Shown piece by piece: positions 1 through 18,400 of a stretch of DNA of 64,000 bases. The notes below the pieces were generated by a model. That model had not been told where the DNA came from. It saw only the letters and a list, made by a program, of their open reading frames with translations, and ran no database searches. Made by a program: the position numbers and the translations under genes. Within the stretch, counting starts at the first letter, position 1, and each line of letters starts with the position of its first letter. Where the stretch lies: assembly GCA_964016885.1 (NCBI GenBank), contig OZ024742.1:284766001-284830000 (forward strand), written 5' to 3'. The stretch is from Eledone cirrhosa (lineage: Eukaryota).

Positions 1-259
1 CTACCACCACCATTACTACAAACACCACCACCTCCATTACTACAAATACCACCACCACCATTACCACAAACACTACCACCACCATTACTACAAACACCAC
101 CACCGCCATTACTACAAATAACACCACCACCATTACCACAAACACCACCACCACCATTACTACAAACACCACCACCGCCATTACTACAAACACCACCACC
201 ACCATTACTACAAACACCACCACCACCATTACCACAAACACCACCACCACCACCACCAT

Positions 260-3200
260 TACTACAAACACCACCACCTCCATTACTACAAATACCACCA
301 CCACCATTACCACAAACACTACCACCACCATTACTACAAACACCACCACCGCCATTACTACAAATAACACCACCACCATTACCACAAACACCACCACCAC
401 CATTACTACAAACACCACCACCACCGCCATTGCTACAAACACCACCACCACCATTACTACAAACACCACCACCACCATTACTACAAACACCACCACCACC
501 ATTACCACAAACACCACCACCACCACCACCATTACTACAAACACCACCACCACCATTACTACAAACACCACCACCTACATTACTAGAAACACCACCATTA
601 CTACAAACACCACCACCACCATTGCAACAAACACCACCACCACCATTACTACAAAGAATACCACCACCATTACTACAAACACCACCACCACCATTACTAC
701 AAAGAATACCACCACCATTACTACAAACACCACCACCACCATTACTACAAACACCACCACCACCATTACTACAAAGAATACCACCACCATTACTACAAAC
801 ACCACCACCACCATTACTACAAACACCACCACCACCATTACTACAAAGAATACCACCACCATTACTACAAACACCACCACCACCATTACTACAAACACCA
901 CCACCACCATTACTACAAAGAATACCACCACCATTACTACAAACACCACCACCACCACCATTACTACAAACACCACCACCACCATTACTACAAAGAATAC
1001 CACCACCATTACTACAAACACCAACACCACCATTACTACAAACACCACCACCACCATTACTACAAACACCACCACAACGATTACTACAAACACCACGACC
1101 ACCATTACCACAAACACCACCACAACCATTACTACAAACACTATCACAACCATTACTACAAACACCACCACCACCATTACTACAAACACCACCACCACCA
1201 TTACTACAAACACCACCACCACCATTACTACAAACACCACCACCACCATTACTACAAACACCACCACCACCATTACCGCAAACACCACCACATCCATTAC
1301 TACAAACACCACCACCACCATTACTACAAAGAATACCACCACCATTACTACAAACACCACCACCACCATTACTACAAAGAATACCACCACCATTACTACA
1401 AACACCACCACCTCCATTACTACAAACCCCACCACCACCATTACTACAAACACCACCACCACCATTACTACAAACACCACCACAACCATTACTACAAACA
1501 CCACCACCACCATTACCACAAACACCACCACAACCATTACTACAAACACCACCACCACCATTACTACAAACACCACCACCACCATTACTACAAACACCAC
1601 CACCGCCATTACCACAAACACCACCACCACCATTACTACAAACACAACCACATCCATTACTACAAACACCACCACCACCATTACTACAAACACCACCACC
1701 ACCATTACCACAAACACCACCACCACCATTACCACAAACACCACCACCACCATTACTACAAACACCACCACCACCATTACTACAAATACCACCACCACCA
1801 TTACCACAAACACTACCACCACCATTACTACAAACACCACCACCGCCATTACTACAAATACCACCACCACCATTACCACAAACACTACCACCACCATTAC
1901 TACAAACACCACCACCTCCATTACTACAAATAACACCACCACCATTACCACATACACCACCACCGCCATTACTACAAACACCACCACCGCCATTACTACA
2001 AACACCACCACCACCATTACTACAAACACCACCACCACCATTACTACAAACACCACCACCACCATTACCACAAACACCACCACCACCACCACCATTACTA
2101 CAAACACCACCACCACCATTACTACAAAGAATACCACCACCATTACTACAAACACCACCACCACCATTACTACAAAGAATACCACCACCATTACTACAAA
2201 CACCACCACCACCATTACTACAAACACCACCACCACCATTACTACAAACACCACCACAACGATTACTACAAACACCACGACCACCATTACCACAAACACC
2301 ACCACAACCATTACTACAAACACTATCACAACCATTACTACAAACACCACCACCACCATTACTACAAACACCACCACCACCATTACTACAAACACCACCA
2401 CCACCATTACTACAAACACCACCACAACCATTACTACAAACACCACCACAACCATTACTACAAACACCACCACCACCATTACCACAAACACCACCACAAC
2501 CATTACTACAAACACCACCACCACCATTACTACAAACACCACCACCACCATTACTACAAACACCACCACCACCATTACCGCAAACACCACCACATCCATT
2601 ACTACAAACACCACCACCACCATTACTACAAAGAATACCACCACCATTACTACAAACACCACCACCACCATTACTACAAAGAATACCACCACCATTACTA
2701 CAAACACCACCACCTCCATTACTACAAATCCCACCACCACCATTACTACAAAACACCACCACCACCATTAATACAAACACCACCACAACCATTACTACAA
2801 ACACCACCACCACCATTACCACAAACACCACCACAACCATTACTACAAACACCACCACCACCATTACTACAAACACCACCACCACTATTACTACAAACAC
2901 CACCACCGCCATTACCACAAACACCACCACCACCATTACTACAAACACCACCACCATTACTACAAACACCACCACATCCATTACTACAAACACCACCACC
3001 ACCATTACCACAAACCCCACCACCACCATTACCACAAACCCCACCACCTCCATTACTACAAACACCACCACCACCATTACTACAAACACCACCACCGCCA
3101 TTACCACAAACACCACCACCTCCATTACCACAAACACCACCACCACCATTACCACAAACACCACCACATCCATTACTACAAACACCACTACCACCATTAC

Positions 3201-6200
3201 CACAAACCCCACCACCACCATTACCACAAACCCCACCACCAACATTACTACAAACACCACCACCACCATTACCACAAACACCACCACATCCATTACTACA
3301 AACACCACCACCACCATTACTACAAACACCACCACCACCATTACTACAAACACCACCACAACCATTACTACAAACACCACCACCACAATTACTACAAACA
3401 CCACCACCACCATTACTACAAACACCACCACCACCATTACTACAAACACCACCACCACCATTACTACAAACACCACCACCACCATTACTACAAACACCAC
3501 CACCACCATTACTATAAACACCACCACCACCATTACTACAAACACCACCACCACCAATACTACAAACACCACCACCACCATTACTATAAACACCACCACC
3601 ACCATTACTACAAACACCACCACCACCATTACTACAAACACCACCACAACCATTACTACAAACACCACCACCACCATTACTACAAACACCACCACCTCCA
3701 TTACTACAAACACCACCACCTCCATTACCACAAACACCACCACCACCATTACCACAAACACCACCACATCCATTACTACAAACACCACCACCACCATTAC
3801 TACAAACACCACCACCACCATTACTACAAACACCACCACCACCATTACCACAAACCCCGCCACCACCATTACTACAAACCCCACCACCACCATTACCACA
3901 AACCCTCCACCACCATTACTACAAACACCACCACCACCATTACCTCAAACACCACCACCACCATTACTACAAACACCACCACCACCATTACTACAAACAC
4001 CACCACCACCATTACTACAAACACCACCACCACTACCATTACTACAAACACCACCACCGCCATTACTACAAATACCACCACCACCATTACCACAAACACT
4101 ACCACCACCATTACTACAAACACCACCACCGCCATTACTACAAATACCTCCACCACCATTACCACAAACACCACCACCGCCATTACTACAAATACCACCA
4201 CCACCATTACCACAAACACCACCACCACCATTACTACAAACACCACCACCTCCATTACTACAAATACCACCACCACCATTACCACAAACACTACCACCAC
4301 CATTACCACAAACACTACCACCACCATTACTACAAACACCACCACCTCCATTACTACAAATACCACCACCACCATTACCACAAACACCACCACCACCATT
4401 AATACAAACACCACCACCATTACCACAAACACCACCACCACCATTACTACAAACACCACCACCACCATTACTACAAACACCACCACCACCATTACTACAA
4501 ACACCACCACCACCATTACCACAAACACCACCACCACCATTACCACAAACACCACCACCACCATTACTACAAACACCACCACCACCATTACCACAAACAC
4601 CACCACCACCATTACTACAAACACCACCACCACCATTACTACAAATACCACCACCACCATTACCACAAACACTACCACCACCATTACTACAAACACCACC
4701 ACCGCCATTACTACAAATACCACCACCACCATTACCACAAACACTACCACCACCATTACTACAAACACCACCACCACCATTACTACAAACACCACCACCA
4801 CCATTACTACAAACACCACCACCACCATTACTACAAACACCACCACCACCATTACTACAAACACCACCACCACCATTACTACAAATACCACCACCACCAT
4901 TACCACAAACACTACCACCACCATTACTACAAACACCACCACCGCCATTACTACAAATACCACCACCACCATTACCACAAACACTACCACCACCATTACT
5001 ACAAACACCACCACCACCATTACTACAAACACCACCACCACCATTACTACAAATACCACCACCACCATTACCACAAACACTACCACCACCATTACTACAA
5101 ACACCACCACCGCCATTACTACAAATACCACCACCACCATTACCACAAACACTACCACCACCATTACTACAAACACCACCACCTCCATTACTACAAATAC
5201 CACCACCACCATTACCACAAACACTACCACCACCATTACTACAAACACCACCACCGCCATTACTACAAATAACACCACCACCATTACCACAAACACCACC
5301 ACCACCATTACTACAAACACCACCACCGCCATTACTACAAACACCACCACCACCATTACTACAAACACCACCACCACCATTACCACAAACACCACCACCA
5401 CCACCACCATTACTACAAACACCACCACCACCATTACTACAAACACCACCACCTACATTACTAGAAACACCACCATTACTACAAACACCACCACCACCAT
5501 TACTACAAACACCAGCACCACCATTACTACAAACACCACCACCACCATTACCACAAACACCACCACCACCATTACTACAAACACCACCACCACCATTACT
5601 ACAAACACCACCACCACCATTACTACAAACACCACCACCACCATTACTACAAACACCATCACCACCATTACCACAAACACCACCACCACCATTACTACAA
5701 ACACCACCACCACCATTACTACAAACACCACCACCACCATTACCACAAACACCACCACCACCATTACTACAAACACCACCACCACCATTACCACAAACAC
5801 CACCACCACCATTACTATAAAAACCACCACCACCATTACCTCAAACACCACCACCACCATTACCACAAACACCACCACCTCCATTACCACAAACACCACC
5901 ACCACCATTACTACAAACACCACCACCACCATTACCACAAACACCACCACCACCACCACCACCACCACCACAAACACCACCACCACCCTTACTACAGACA
6001 CCACCACCACCATTACCACAAACACCACCACCACCATTACCACAAACACCACCACCACCATTACTACAAAGAATACCACCACCATTACTACAAACACCAC
6101 CACCACCATTACTACAAACACCACCACCACCATTACTACAAACACCACCACCACCATAAACACCACCACCACCACCATTACCACAAACACCACCACCACC

Positions 6201-9200
6201 ATTACTACAGACACCACCACCACCATTACTACAAACACCACCACCACCATTACTACGAACACCACCACCACCATTACTACAAACACCACCACCACCATAA
6301 CTACAAACACCACCACCACCATTACCACAAACACCACCACCACCATTACCACAAACACCACCACCACCATTACCACAAACACCACCACCACCATTACTAC
6401 AAACACCACCACCATTACCACAAACACCACCACCACCATTACTACAAACACCACCACCACCATTACTACAAACACCACCACCACCATTACTACAAACACC
6501 ACCACCACCATTACCACAAACACCACCACCACCATTACCACAAACACCACCACCACCATTACTACAAACACCACCACCACCATTACCACAAACACCACCA
6601 CCACCATTACTACAAACACCACCACCACCATTACTACAAATACCACCACCACCATTACCACAAACACTACCACCACCATTACTACAAACACCACCACCGC
6701 CATTACTACAAATACCACCACCACCATTACCACAAACACTACCACCACCTACATTACTAGAAACACCACCATTACTACAAACACCACCACCACCATTGCA
6801 ACAAACACCACCACCACCATTACTACAAAGAATACCACCACCATTACTACAAACACCACCACCACCATTACTACAAAGAATACCACCACCATTACTACAA
6901 ACACCACCACCACCATTACTACAAACACCACCACCACCATTACTACAAAGAATACCACCACCATTACTACAAACACCACCACCACCATTACTACAAACAC
7001 CACCACCACCATTACTACAAAGAATACCACCACCATTACTACAAACACCACCACCACCATTACTACAAACACCACCACCACCATTACTACAAAGAATACC
7101 ACCACCATTACTACAAACACCACCACCACCATTACTACAAACACCACCACCACCATTACTACAAAGAATACCACCACCATTACTACAAACACCAACACCA
7201 CCATTACTACAAACACCACCACCACCATTACTACAAACACCACCACAACGATTACTACAAACACCACGACCACCATTACCACAAACACCACCACAACCAT
7301 TACTACAAACACTATCACAACCATTACTACAAACACCACCATTACTACAAACACCACCACCACCATTACTACAAACACCACCACCACCATTACTACAAAC
7401 ACCACCACCACCATTACTACAAACACCACCACCACCATTACCGCAAACACCACCACATCCATTACTACAAAGACCACCACCACCATTACTACAAAGAATA
7501 CCACCACCATTACTACAAACACCACCACCTCCATTACTACAAACCCCACCACCACCATTACTACAAACACCACCACCACCATTACTACAAACACCACCAC
7601 AACCATTACTACAAACACCACCACCACCATTACCACAAACACCACCACAACCATTACTACAAACACCACCACCACCATTACTACAAACACCACCACCACT
7701 ATTACTACAAACACCACCACCGCCATTACCACAAACACCACCACCACCATTACTACAAACACCACCACCATTACTACAAACACCACCACATCCATTACTA
7801 CAAACACCACCACCACCATTACCACAAACCCCACCACCACCATTACCACAAACCCCACCACCACCATTACTACAAACACCACCACCACCATTACTACAAA
7901 CACCACCACCGCCATTACCACAAACACCACCACCTCCATTACCACAAACACCACCACCACCATTACCACAAACACCACCACATCCATTACTACAAATACC
8001 ACCACCACCATTACCACAAACACCACCACCACCATTACTACAAACACCACCACCATTACCACAAACACCACCACCACCATTACCTCAAACACCACCACCA
8101 CCATTACTACAAACACCACCACCACCATTACTACAAACACCACCACCACCATTACTACAAACACCACCACCACTACCATTACTACAAACACCACCACCGC
8201 CATTACTACAAATATCACCACCACCATTACCACAAACACTACCACCACCATTACTACAAACACCACCACCGCCATTACTACAAATACCTCCACCACCATT
8301 ACCACAAACACCACCACCACCATTACCACAAACACCACCACCACCATTACTACAAAGAATACCACCACCATTACTACAAACACCACCACCACCATTACTA
8401 CAAACACCACCACCACCATTACTACAAACACCACCACCACCATAAACACCACCACCACCACCATTACCACAAACACCACCACCACCATTACTACAGACAC
8501 CACCACCACCATTACTACAAACACCACCACCACCATTACTACGAACACCACCACCACCATTACTACAAACACCACCACCACCATAACTACAAACACCACC
8601 ACCACCATTACCACAAACACCACCACCACCATTACCACAAACACCACCACCACCATTACCACAAACACCACCACCACCATTACTACAAACACCACCACCA
8701 TTACCACAAACACCACCACCACCATTACTACAAACACCACCACCACCATTACTACAAACACCACCACCACCATTACTACAAACACCACCACCACCATTAC
8801 CACAAACACCACCACCACCATTACCACAAACACCACCACCACCATTACTACAAACACCACCACCACCATTACCACAAACACCACCACCACCATTACTACA
8901 AACACCACCACCACCATTACTACAAATACCACCACCACCATTACCACAAACACTACCACCACCATTACTACAAACACCACCACCGCCATTACTACAAATA
9001 CCACCACCACCATTACCACAAACACTACCACCACCATTACTACAAACACCACCACCTCCATTACTACAAATACCACCACCACCATTACCACAAACACTAC
9101 CACCACCATTACTACAAACACCACCACCGCCATTACTACAAATAACACCACCACCATTACCACAAACACCACCACCACCATTACTACAAACACCACCACC

Positions 9201-10250
9201 ACCGCCATTGCTACAAACACCACCACCACCATTACTACAAACACCACCACCACCATTACTACAAACACCACCACCACCATTACCACAAACACCACCACCA
9301 CCACCACCATTACTGCAAACACCACCACCACCATTACTACAAACACCACCACCTACATTACTAGAAACACCACCATTACTACAAACACCACCACCACCAT
9401 TGCAACAAACACCACCACCACCATTACTACAAAGAATACCACCACCATTACTACAAACACCACCACCACCATTACTACAAAGAATACCACCACCATTACT
9501 ACAAACACCACCACCACCATTACTACAAACACCACCACCACCATTACTACAAAGAATACCACCACCATTACTACAAACACCACCACCACCATTACTACAA
9601 ACACCACCACCACCATTACTACAAAGAATACCACCACCATTACTACAAACACCACCACCACCATTACTACAAACACCACCACCACCATTACTACAAAGAA
9701 TACCACCACCATTACTACAAACACCACCACCACCATTACTACAAACACCACCACCACCATTACTACAAAGAATACCACCACCATTACTACAAACACCAAC
9801 ACCACCATTACTACAAACACCACCACCACCATTACTACAAACACCACCACAACGATTACTACAAACACCACGACCACCATTACCACAAACACCACCACAA
9901 CCATTACTACAAACACTATCACAACCATTACTACAAACACCACCACCACCATTACTACAAACACCACCACCACCATTACTACAAACACCACCACCACCAT
10001 TACTACAAACACCACCACCACCATTACTACAAACACCACCACCACCATTACCGCAAACACCACCACATCCATTACTACAAAGACCACCACCACCATTACT
10101 ACAAAGAATACCACCACCATTACTACAAACACCACCACCTCCATTACTACAAACCCCACCACCACCATTACTACAAACACCACCACCACCATTACTACAA
10201 ACACCACCACAACCATTACTACAAACACCACCACCACCATTACCACAAAC
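260..10250. repeat. Dispersed higher-order copies of a ~1-kb variant block (~260-1300, ~6750-7680, ~9040-10250; offsets 8778 and 2604 bp)
   Basis: The same ordered rare variants (TACATTACTAGAAAC, TTGCAACAAAC, a run of AAGAAT units, ACAACGATT, ACTATCACA, ACCGCAAAC) follow 575, 6749 and 9353. ORFs 430 and 9208 begin with near-identical translations. Boundaries are approximate. Confidence 0.85.
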
Positions 10251-13200
10251 ACCACCACCACCATTACCACAAACACCACCACCACCATTACTACAAGCAC
10301 CACCACCACCATTACTACAAATACCACCACCACCATTACCACAAACACTACCACCACCATTACTACAAACACCACCACCGCCATTACTACAAATACCACC
10401 ACCACCATTACCACAAACACTACCACCACTATTACTACAAACACCACCACCTCCATTACTACAAATAACACCACCACCATTACCACAAACACCACCACCA
10501 CCATTACTACAAACACCACCACCGCCATTACTACAAACACCACCACCACCATTACTACAAACACCACCACCACCATTACTACAAACACCACCACCACCAT
10601 TACCACAAACACCACCACCACCACCACCATTACTACAAACACCACCACCACCATTACTACAAACACCACCACCTACATTACTAGAAACACCACCATTACT
10701 ACAAACACCACCACCACCATTACTACAAAGAATACCACCACCATTACTACAAACACCACCACCACCATTACTACAAAGAATACCACCACCATTACTACAA
10801 ACACCACCACCACCATTACTACAAACACCACCACCACCATTACTACAAAGAATACCACCACCATTACTACAAACACCACCACCACCATTACTACAAAGAA
10901 TACCACCACCATTACTACAAACACCACCACCACCATTACTACAAAAAATACCACCACCATTACTACAAACACCACCACCACCATTACTACAAAGAATACC
11001 ACCACCATTACTACAAACACCACCACCACCATTACTACAAAGAATACCACCACCATTACTACAAACACCACCACCACCATTACTACAAACACCACCACCA
11101 CCATTACTACAAACACCACCACAACGATTACTACAAACACCACGACCACCATTACCACAAACACCACCACAACCATTACTACAAACACTATCACAACCAT
11201 TACTACAAACACCACCACCACCATTACTACAAACACCACCACCACCATTACTACAAACACCACCACCACCATTACTACAAACACCACCACAACCATTACT
11301 ACAAACACCACCACAACCATTACTACAAACACCACCACCACCATTACCACAAACACCACCACAACCATTACTACAAACACCACCACCACCATTACTACAA
11401 ACACCACCACCACCATTACTACAAACACCACCACCACCATTACTACAAAGAATACCACCACCATTACTACAAACACCACCACCTCCATTACTACAAACCC
11501 CACCACCACCATTACTACAAACACCACCACCACCATTACTACAAACACCACCACAACCATTACTACAAACACCACCACCACCTCCATTACCACAAACACC
11601 ACCACAACCATTACTACAAACACCATCACCACCATTACTACAAACACCACCACCACCATTACTACAAACACCACCACCGCCATTACCACAAACACCACCA
11701 CCACCATTACTACAAACACCACCACATCCATTACTACAAACACCACCACCACCATTACTACAAACACCACCACCACCATTACCACAAACACCACCACCAC
11801 CATTACCACAAACACCACCACCACCATTACTACAAGCACCACCACCACCGTTACTACAAATACCACCACCACCATTACCACAAACACTACCACCACCATT
11901 ACTACAAACACCACCACCGCCATTACTACAAATACCACCACCACCATTACCACAAACACTACCACCACCATTACTACAAACACCACCACCTCCATTACTA
12001 CAAATAACACCACCACCATTACCACAAACACCACCACCACCATTACTACAAACACCACCACCGCCATTACTACAAACACCACCACCACCATTACTACAAA
12101 CACCACCACCACCATTACTACAAACACCACCACCACCATTACCACAAACACCACCACCACCACCACCATTACTACAAACACCACCACCACCATTACTACA
12201 AACACCACCACCTACATTACTAGAAACACCACCATTACTACAAACACCACCACCACCATTGCTACAAACACCACCACCACCATTACTACAAAGAATACCA
12301 CCACCATTACTACAAACACCACCACCACCATTACTACAAAGAATACCACCACCATTACTACAAACACCACCACCACCATTACTACAAACACCACCACCAC
12401 CATTACTACAAAGAATACCACCACCATTACTACAAACACCACCACCACCATTACTACAAAGAATACCACCACCATTACTACAAACACCACCACCACCATT
12501 ACTACAAAGAATACCACCACCATTACTACAAACACCACCACCACCATTACTACAAAGAATACCACCACCATTACTACAAACACCACCACCTCCATTACTA
12601 CAAACCCCACCACCACCATTACTACAAACACCACCACCACCATTACTACAAACACCACCACAACCATTACTACAAACACCACCACCACCATTACCACAAA
12701 CACCACCACAACCATTACTACAAACACCATCACCACCATTACTACAAACACCACCACCACCATTACTACAAACACCACCACCGCCATTACCACAAACACC
12801 ACCACCACCATTACTACAAACACCACCACATCCATTACTACAAACACCACCACCACCATTACTACAAACACCACCACCACCATTACCACAAACACCACCA
12901 CCACCATTACCACAAACACCACCACCACCATTACTACAAGCACCACCACCACCATTACTACAAATACCACCACCACCATTACCACAAACACTACCACCAC
13001 CATTACTACAAACACCACCACCGCCATTACTACAAATACCACCACCACCATTACCACAAACACTACCACCACCATTACTACAAACACCACCACCTCCATT
13101 ACTACAAATAACACCACCACCATTACCACAAACACCACCACCACCATTACTACAAACACCACCACCGCCATTACTACAAACACCACCACCACCATTACTA

Positions 13201-15483
13201 CAAACACCACCACCACCATTACTACAAACACCACCACCACCATTACCACAAACACCACCACCACCACCACCATTACTACAAACACCACCACCACCATTAC
13301 TACAAACACCACCACCTACATTACTAGAAACACCACCATTACTACAAACACCACCACCACCATTGCTACAAACACCACCACCACCATTACTACAAAGAAT
13401 ACCACCACCATTACTACAAACACCACCACCACCATTACTACAAAGAATACCACCACCATTACTACAAACACCACCACCACCATTACTACAAACACCACCA
13501 CCACCATTACTACAAAGAATACCACCACCATTACTACAAACACCACCACCACCATTACTACAAAGAATACCACCACCATTACTACAAACACCACCACCAC
13601 CATTACTACAAAGAATACCACCACCATTACTACAAACACCACCACCACCATTACTACAAAGAATACCACCACCATTACTACAAACACCACCACCACCATT
13701 ACTACAAAGAATACCACCACCATTACTACAAACACCACCACCACCATTACTACAAACACCACCACCACCATTACTACAAACACCACCACAACGATTACTA
13801 CAAACACCACGACCACCATTACCACAAACACCACCACAACCATTACTACAAACACTATCACAACCATTACTACAAACACCACCACCACCATTACTACAAA
13901 CACCACCACCACCATTACTACAAACACCACCACCACCATTACTACAAACACAACCACAACCATTACTACAAACACCACCACAACCATTACTACAAACACC
14001 ACCACCACCATTACCACAAACACCACCACAACCATTACTACAAACACCACCACCACCATTACTACAAACACCACCACCACCATTACTACAAACACCACCA
14101 CCACCATTACTACAAACACCACCACCACCATTACCGCAAACACCACCACATCCATTACTACAAACACCACCACCACCATTACTACAAAGAATACCACCAC
14201 CATTACTACAAACACCACCACCACCATTACTACAAAGAATACCACCACCATTACTACAAACACCACCACCTCCATTACTACAAACCCCACCACCACCATT
14301 ACTACAAACACCAGCACCACCATTACTACAAACACCACCACAACCATTACTACAAACACCACCACCACCATTACCACAAACACCACCACAACCATTACTA
14401 CAAACACCACCACCACCATTACTACAAACACCACCACCACTATTACTACAAACACCACCACCGCCATTACCACAAACACCAGCACCACCATTACTACAAA
14501 CACCACCACCACCATTACTACAAACACCACCACATCCATTACTACAAACACCACCACCACCATTACCACAAACCCCACCACCACCATTACCACAAACCCC
14601 ACCACCACCATTACTACAAACACCACCACCACCATTACTACAAACACCACCACCGCCATTACCACAAACACCACCACCTCCATTACCACAAACACCACCA
14701 CCACCATTACCACAAACACCACCACATCCATTACTACAAACACCACCACCACCATTACCACAAACCTCACCACCACCATTACCAGAAACCCCACCACCAC
14801 CATTACTACAAACACCACCACCACCATTACCACAAACACCACCACATCCATTACTACAAACACCACCACCACCATTACTACAAACACCACCACCACCATT
14901 ACTACAAACACCACCACCACCATTACTACAAACACCACCACAACCATTACTACAAACACCACCACCACCATTACTACAAACACCACCACCACCATTACTA
15001 TAAACACCACCACCACCATTACTACAAACACCACCACCACCATTACTACAAACACCACCACCACCATTACTACAAACACCACCACCACCATTACTATAAA
15101 CACCACCACCACCATTACTACAAACACCACCACCACCAATACTACAAACACCACCACCACCATTACTATAAACACCACCACCACCATTACTACAAACACC
15201 ACCACCACCATTACTACAAACACCACCACAACCATTACTACAAACACCACCACCACCATTACTACAAACACCACCACCTCCATTACGACAAACACCACCA
15301 CCTCCATTACCACAAACACCACCACCACCATTACCACAAACACCACCACATCCATTACTACAAACACCACCACCACCATTACTACAAACACCACCACCAC
15401 CATTACTACAAACACCACCACCACCATTACCACAAACCCCGCCACCACCATTACTACAAACCCCACCACCACCATTACCACAA
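3905..15483 (+). other. Longest uninterrupted Thr-rich reading frame, (TTTTITTN)n, ~3,860 codons, no start codon; mucin-PTS-like but coding status unsupported
   Basis: The antisense Val-frame ORFs from 3893..5452 through 13316..15481 abut in one frame, so there is no frameshift over ~11.6 kb. The stretch is bounded at both ends by the 23-bp AACCCTCCACCACCATT unit. It has no ATG, signal peptide or non-repeat domain. Confidence 0.15.
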
Positions 15484-18400
15484 ACCCTCCACCACCATTA
15501 CTACAAACACCACCACCACCATTACCTCAAACACCACCACCACCATTACTACAAACACCACCACCACCATTACTACAAACACCACCACCACCATTACTAC
15601 AAACACCACCACCACTACCATTACTACAAACACCACCACCACCATTACTACAAACACCACCACCACCATTACTACAAACACCACCACCACCATTACCACA
15701 AACCCCGCCACCACCATTACTACAAACCCCACCACCACCATTACCACAAACCCTCCACCACCATTACTACAAACACCACCACCACCATTACCTCAAACAC
15801 CACCACCACCATTACTACAAACACCACCACCACCATTACTACAAACACCACCACCACCATTACTACAAACACCACCACCACTACCATTACCACAAACACT
15901 ACCACCACCATTACTACAAACACCACCACCGCCATTACTACAAATACCTCCACCACCATTACCACAAACACCACCACCGCCATTACTACAAATACCACCA
16001 CCACCATTACCACAAACACCACCACCACCATTACTACAAACACCACCACCTCCATGACTACAAATACCACCACCACCATTACCACAAACACTACCACCAC
16101 CATTACCACAAACACTACCACCACCATTACTACAAACACCACCACCTCCATTACTACAAATACCACCACCACCATTACCACAAACACCACCACCACCATT
16201 ACTACAAACACCACCACCACCATTACTACAAACACCACCACCACCATTACTACAAACACCACCACCACCATTACCACAAACACCACCACCACCATTACTA
16301 CAAACACCACCACCACCATTACCACAAACACCACCACCACCATTACTACAAACACCACCACCACCATTACTACAAACACCACCACCACCATTACCACAAA
16401 CACCACCACCACCATTACTACAAACACCACCACCACTATTACTACAAATACCACCACCACCATTACTACAAACACCACCACCACCATTACTACAAACACC
16501 ACCACCATTACCACAAACACCACCACCACCATTACTACAAACACCACCACCACCATTACTACAAACACCACCACCACCATTACTACAAACACCACCACCA
16601 CCATTACCACAAACACCACCACCACCATTACCACAAACACCACCACCACCATTACTACAAACACCACCACCACCATTACCACAAACACCACCACCACCAT
16701 TACTACAAACACCACCACCACTATTACTACAAATACCACCACCACCATTACCACAAACACTACCACCACCATTACTACAAACACCACCACCGCCATTACT
16801 ACAAATACCACCACCACCATTACCACAAACACTACCACCACCATTACTACAAACACCACCACCTCCATTACTACAAATACCACCACCACCATTACCACAA
16901 ACACTACCACCACCATTACTACAAACACCACCACTGCCATTACTACAAATAACACCACCACCATTACCACAAACACCACCACCACCATTACTACAAACAC
17001 CACCACCGCCATTACTACAAACACCACCACCACCATTACTACAAACACCACCACCACCATTACCACAAACACCACCGCCACCACCACCATTACTACAAAC
17101 ACCACCACCACCATTACTACAAACACCACCACCTACATTACTAGAAACACCACCATTACTACAAACACCACCACCACCATTGCAACAAACACCACCACCA
17201 CCATTACTACAAAGAATACCACCACCATTACTACAAACACCACCACCACCATTACTACAAACACCACCACCACCATTACTACAAAGAATACCACCACCAT
17301 TACTACAAACACCACCACCACCATTACTACAAAGAATACCACCACCATTACTACAAACACCACCACCACCATTACTACAAACACCACCACCACCATTACT
17401 ACAAAGAATACCACCACCATTACTACAAACACCACCACCACCATTACTACAAAGAATACCACCACCATTACTACAAACACCACCACCTCCATTACTACAA
17501 ACCCCACCACCACCATTACTACAAACACCAGCACCACCATTACTACAAACACCACCACAACCATTACTACAAACACCAACACCACCATTACCACAAACAC
17601 CACCACAACCATTACTACAAACACCACCACCACCATTACTACAAACACCACCACCACTATTACTACAAACACCACCACCGCCATTACCACAAACACCAGC
17701 ACCACCATTACTACAAACACCACCACCACCATTACTACAAACACCACCACATCCATTACTACAAACACCACCACCACCATTACCACAAACCCCACCACCA
17801 CCATTACCACAAACCCCACCACCACCATTACTACAAACACCACCACCACCATTACTACAAACACCACCACCGCCATTACCACAAACACCACCACCTCCAT
17901 TACCACAAACACCACCACCACCATTACCACAAACACCACCACATCCATTACTACAAACACCACCACCACCATTACCACAAACCTCACCACCACCATTACC
18001 AGAAACCCCACCACCACCATTACTACAAACACCACCACCACCATTACCACAAACACCACCACATCCATTACTACAAACACCACCACCACCATTACTACAA
18101 ACACCACCACCACCATTACTACAAACACCACCACCACCATTACTACAAACACCACCACAACCATTACTACAAACACCACCACCACCATTACTACAAACAC
18201 CACCACCACCATTACTATAAACACCACCACCACCATTACTACAAACAACACCACCACCATTACTACAAACACCACCACCACCATTACTACAAACACCACC
18301 ACCACCATTACTATAAACACCACCACCACCATTACTACAAACACCACCACCACCAATACTACAAACACCACCACCACCATTACTATAAACACCACCACCA

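Noticed and set aside
2745-2760. +1 A frameshift (ACAAAACACC) switching ORF 430 from the Pro frame to the Thr frame
   Set aside because: It is a singleton in an A homopolymer and could be a sequencing error; it is not evidence of programmed frameshifting.
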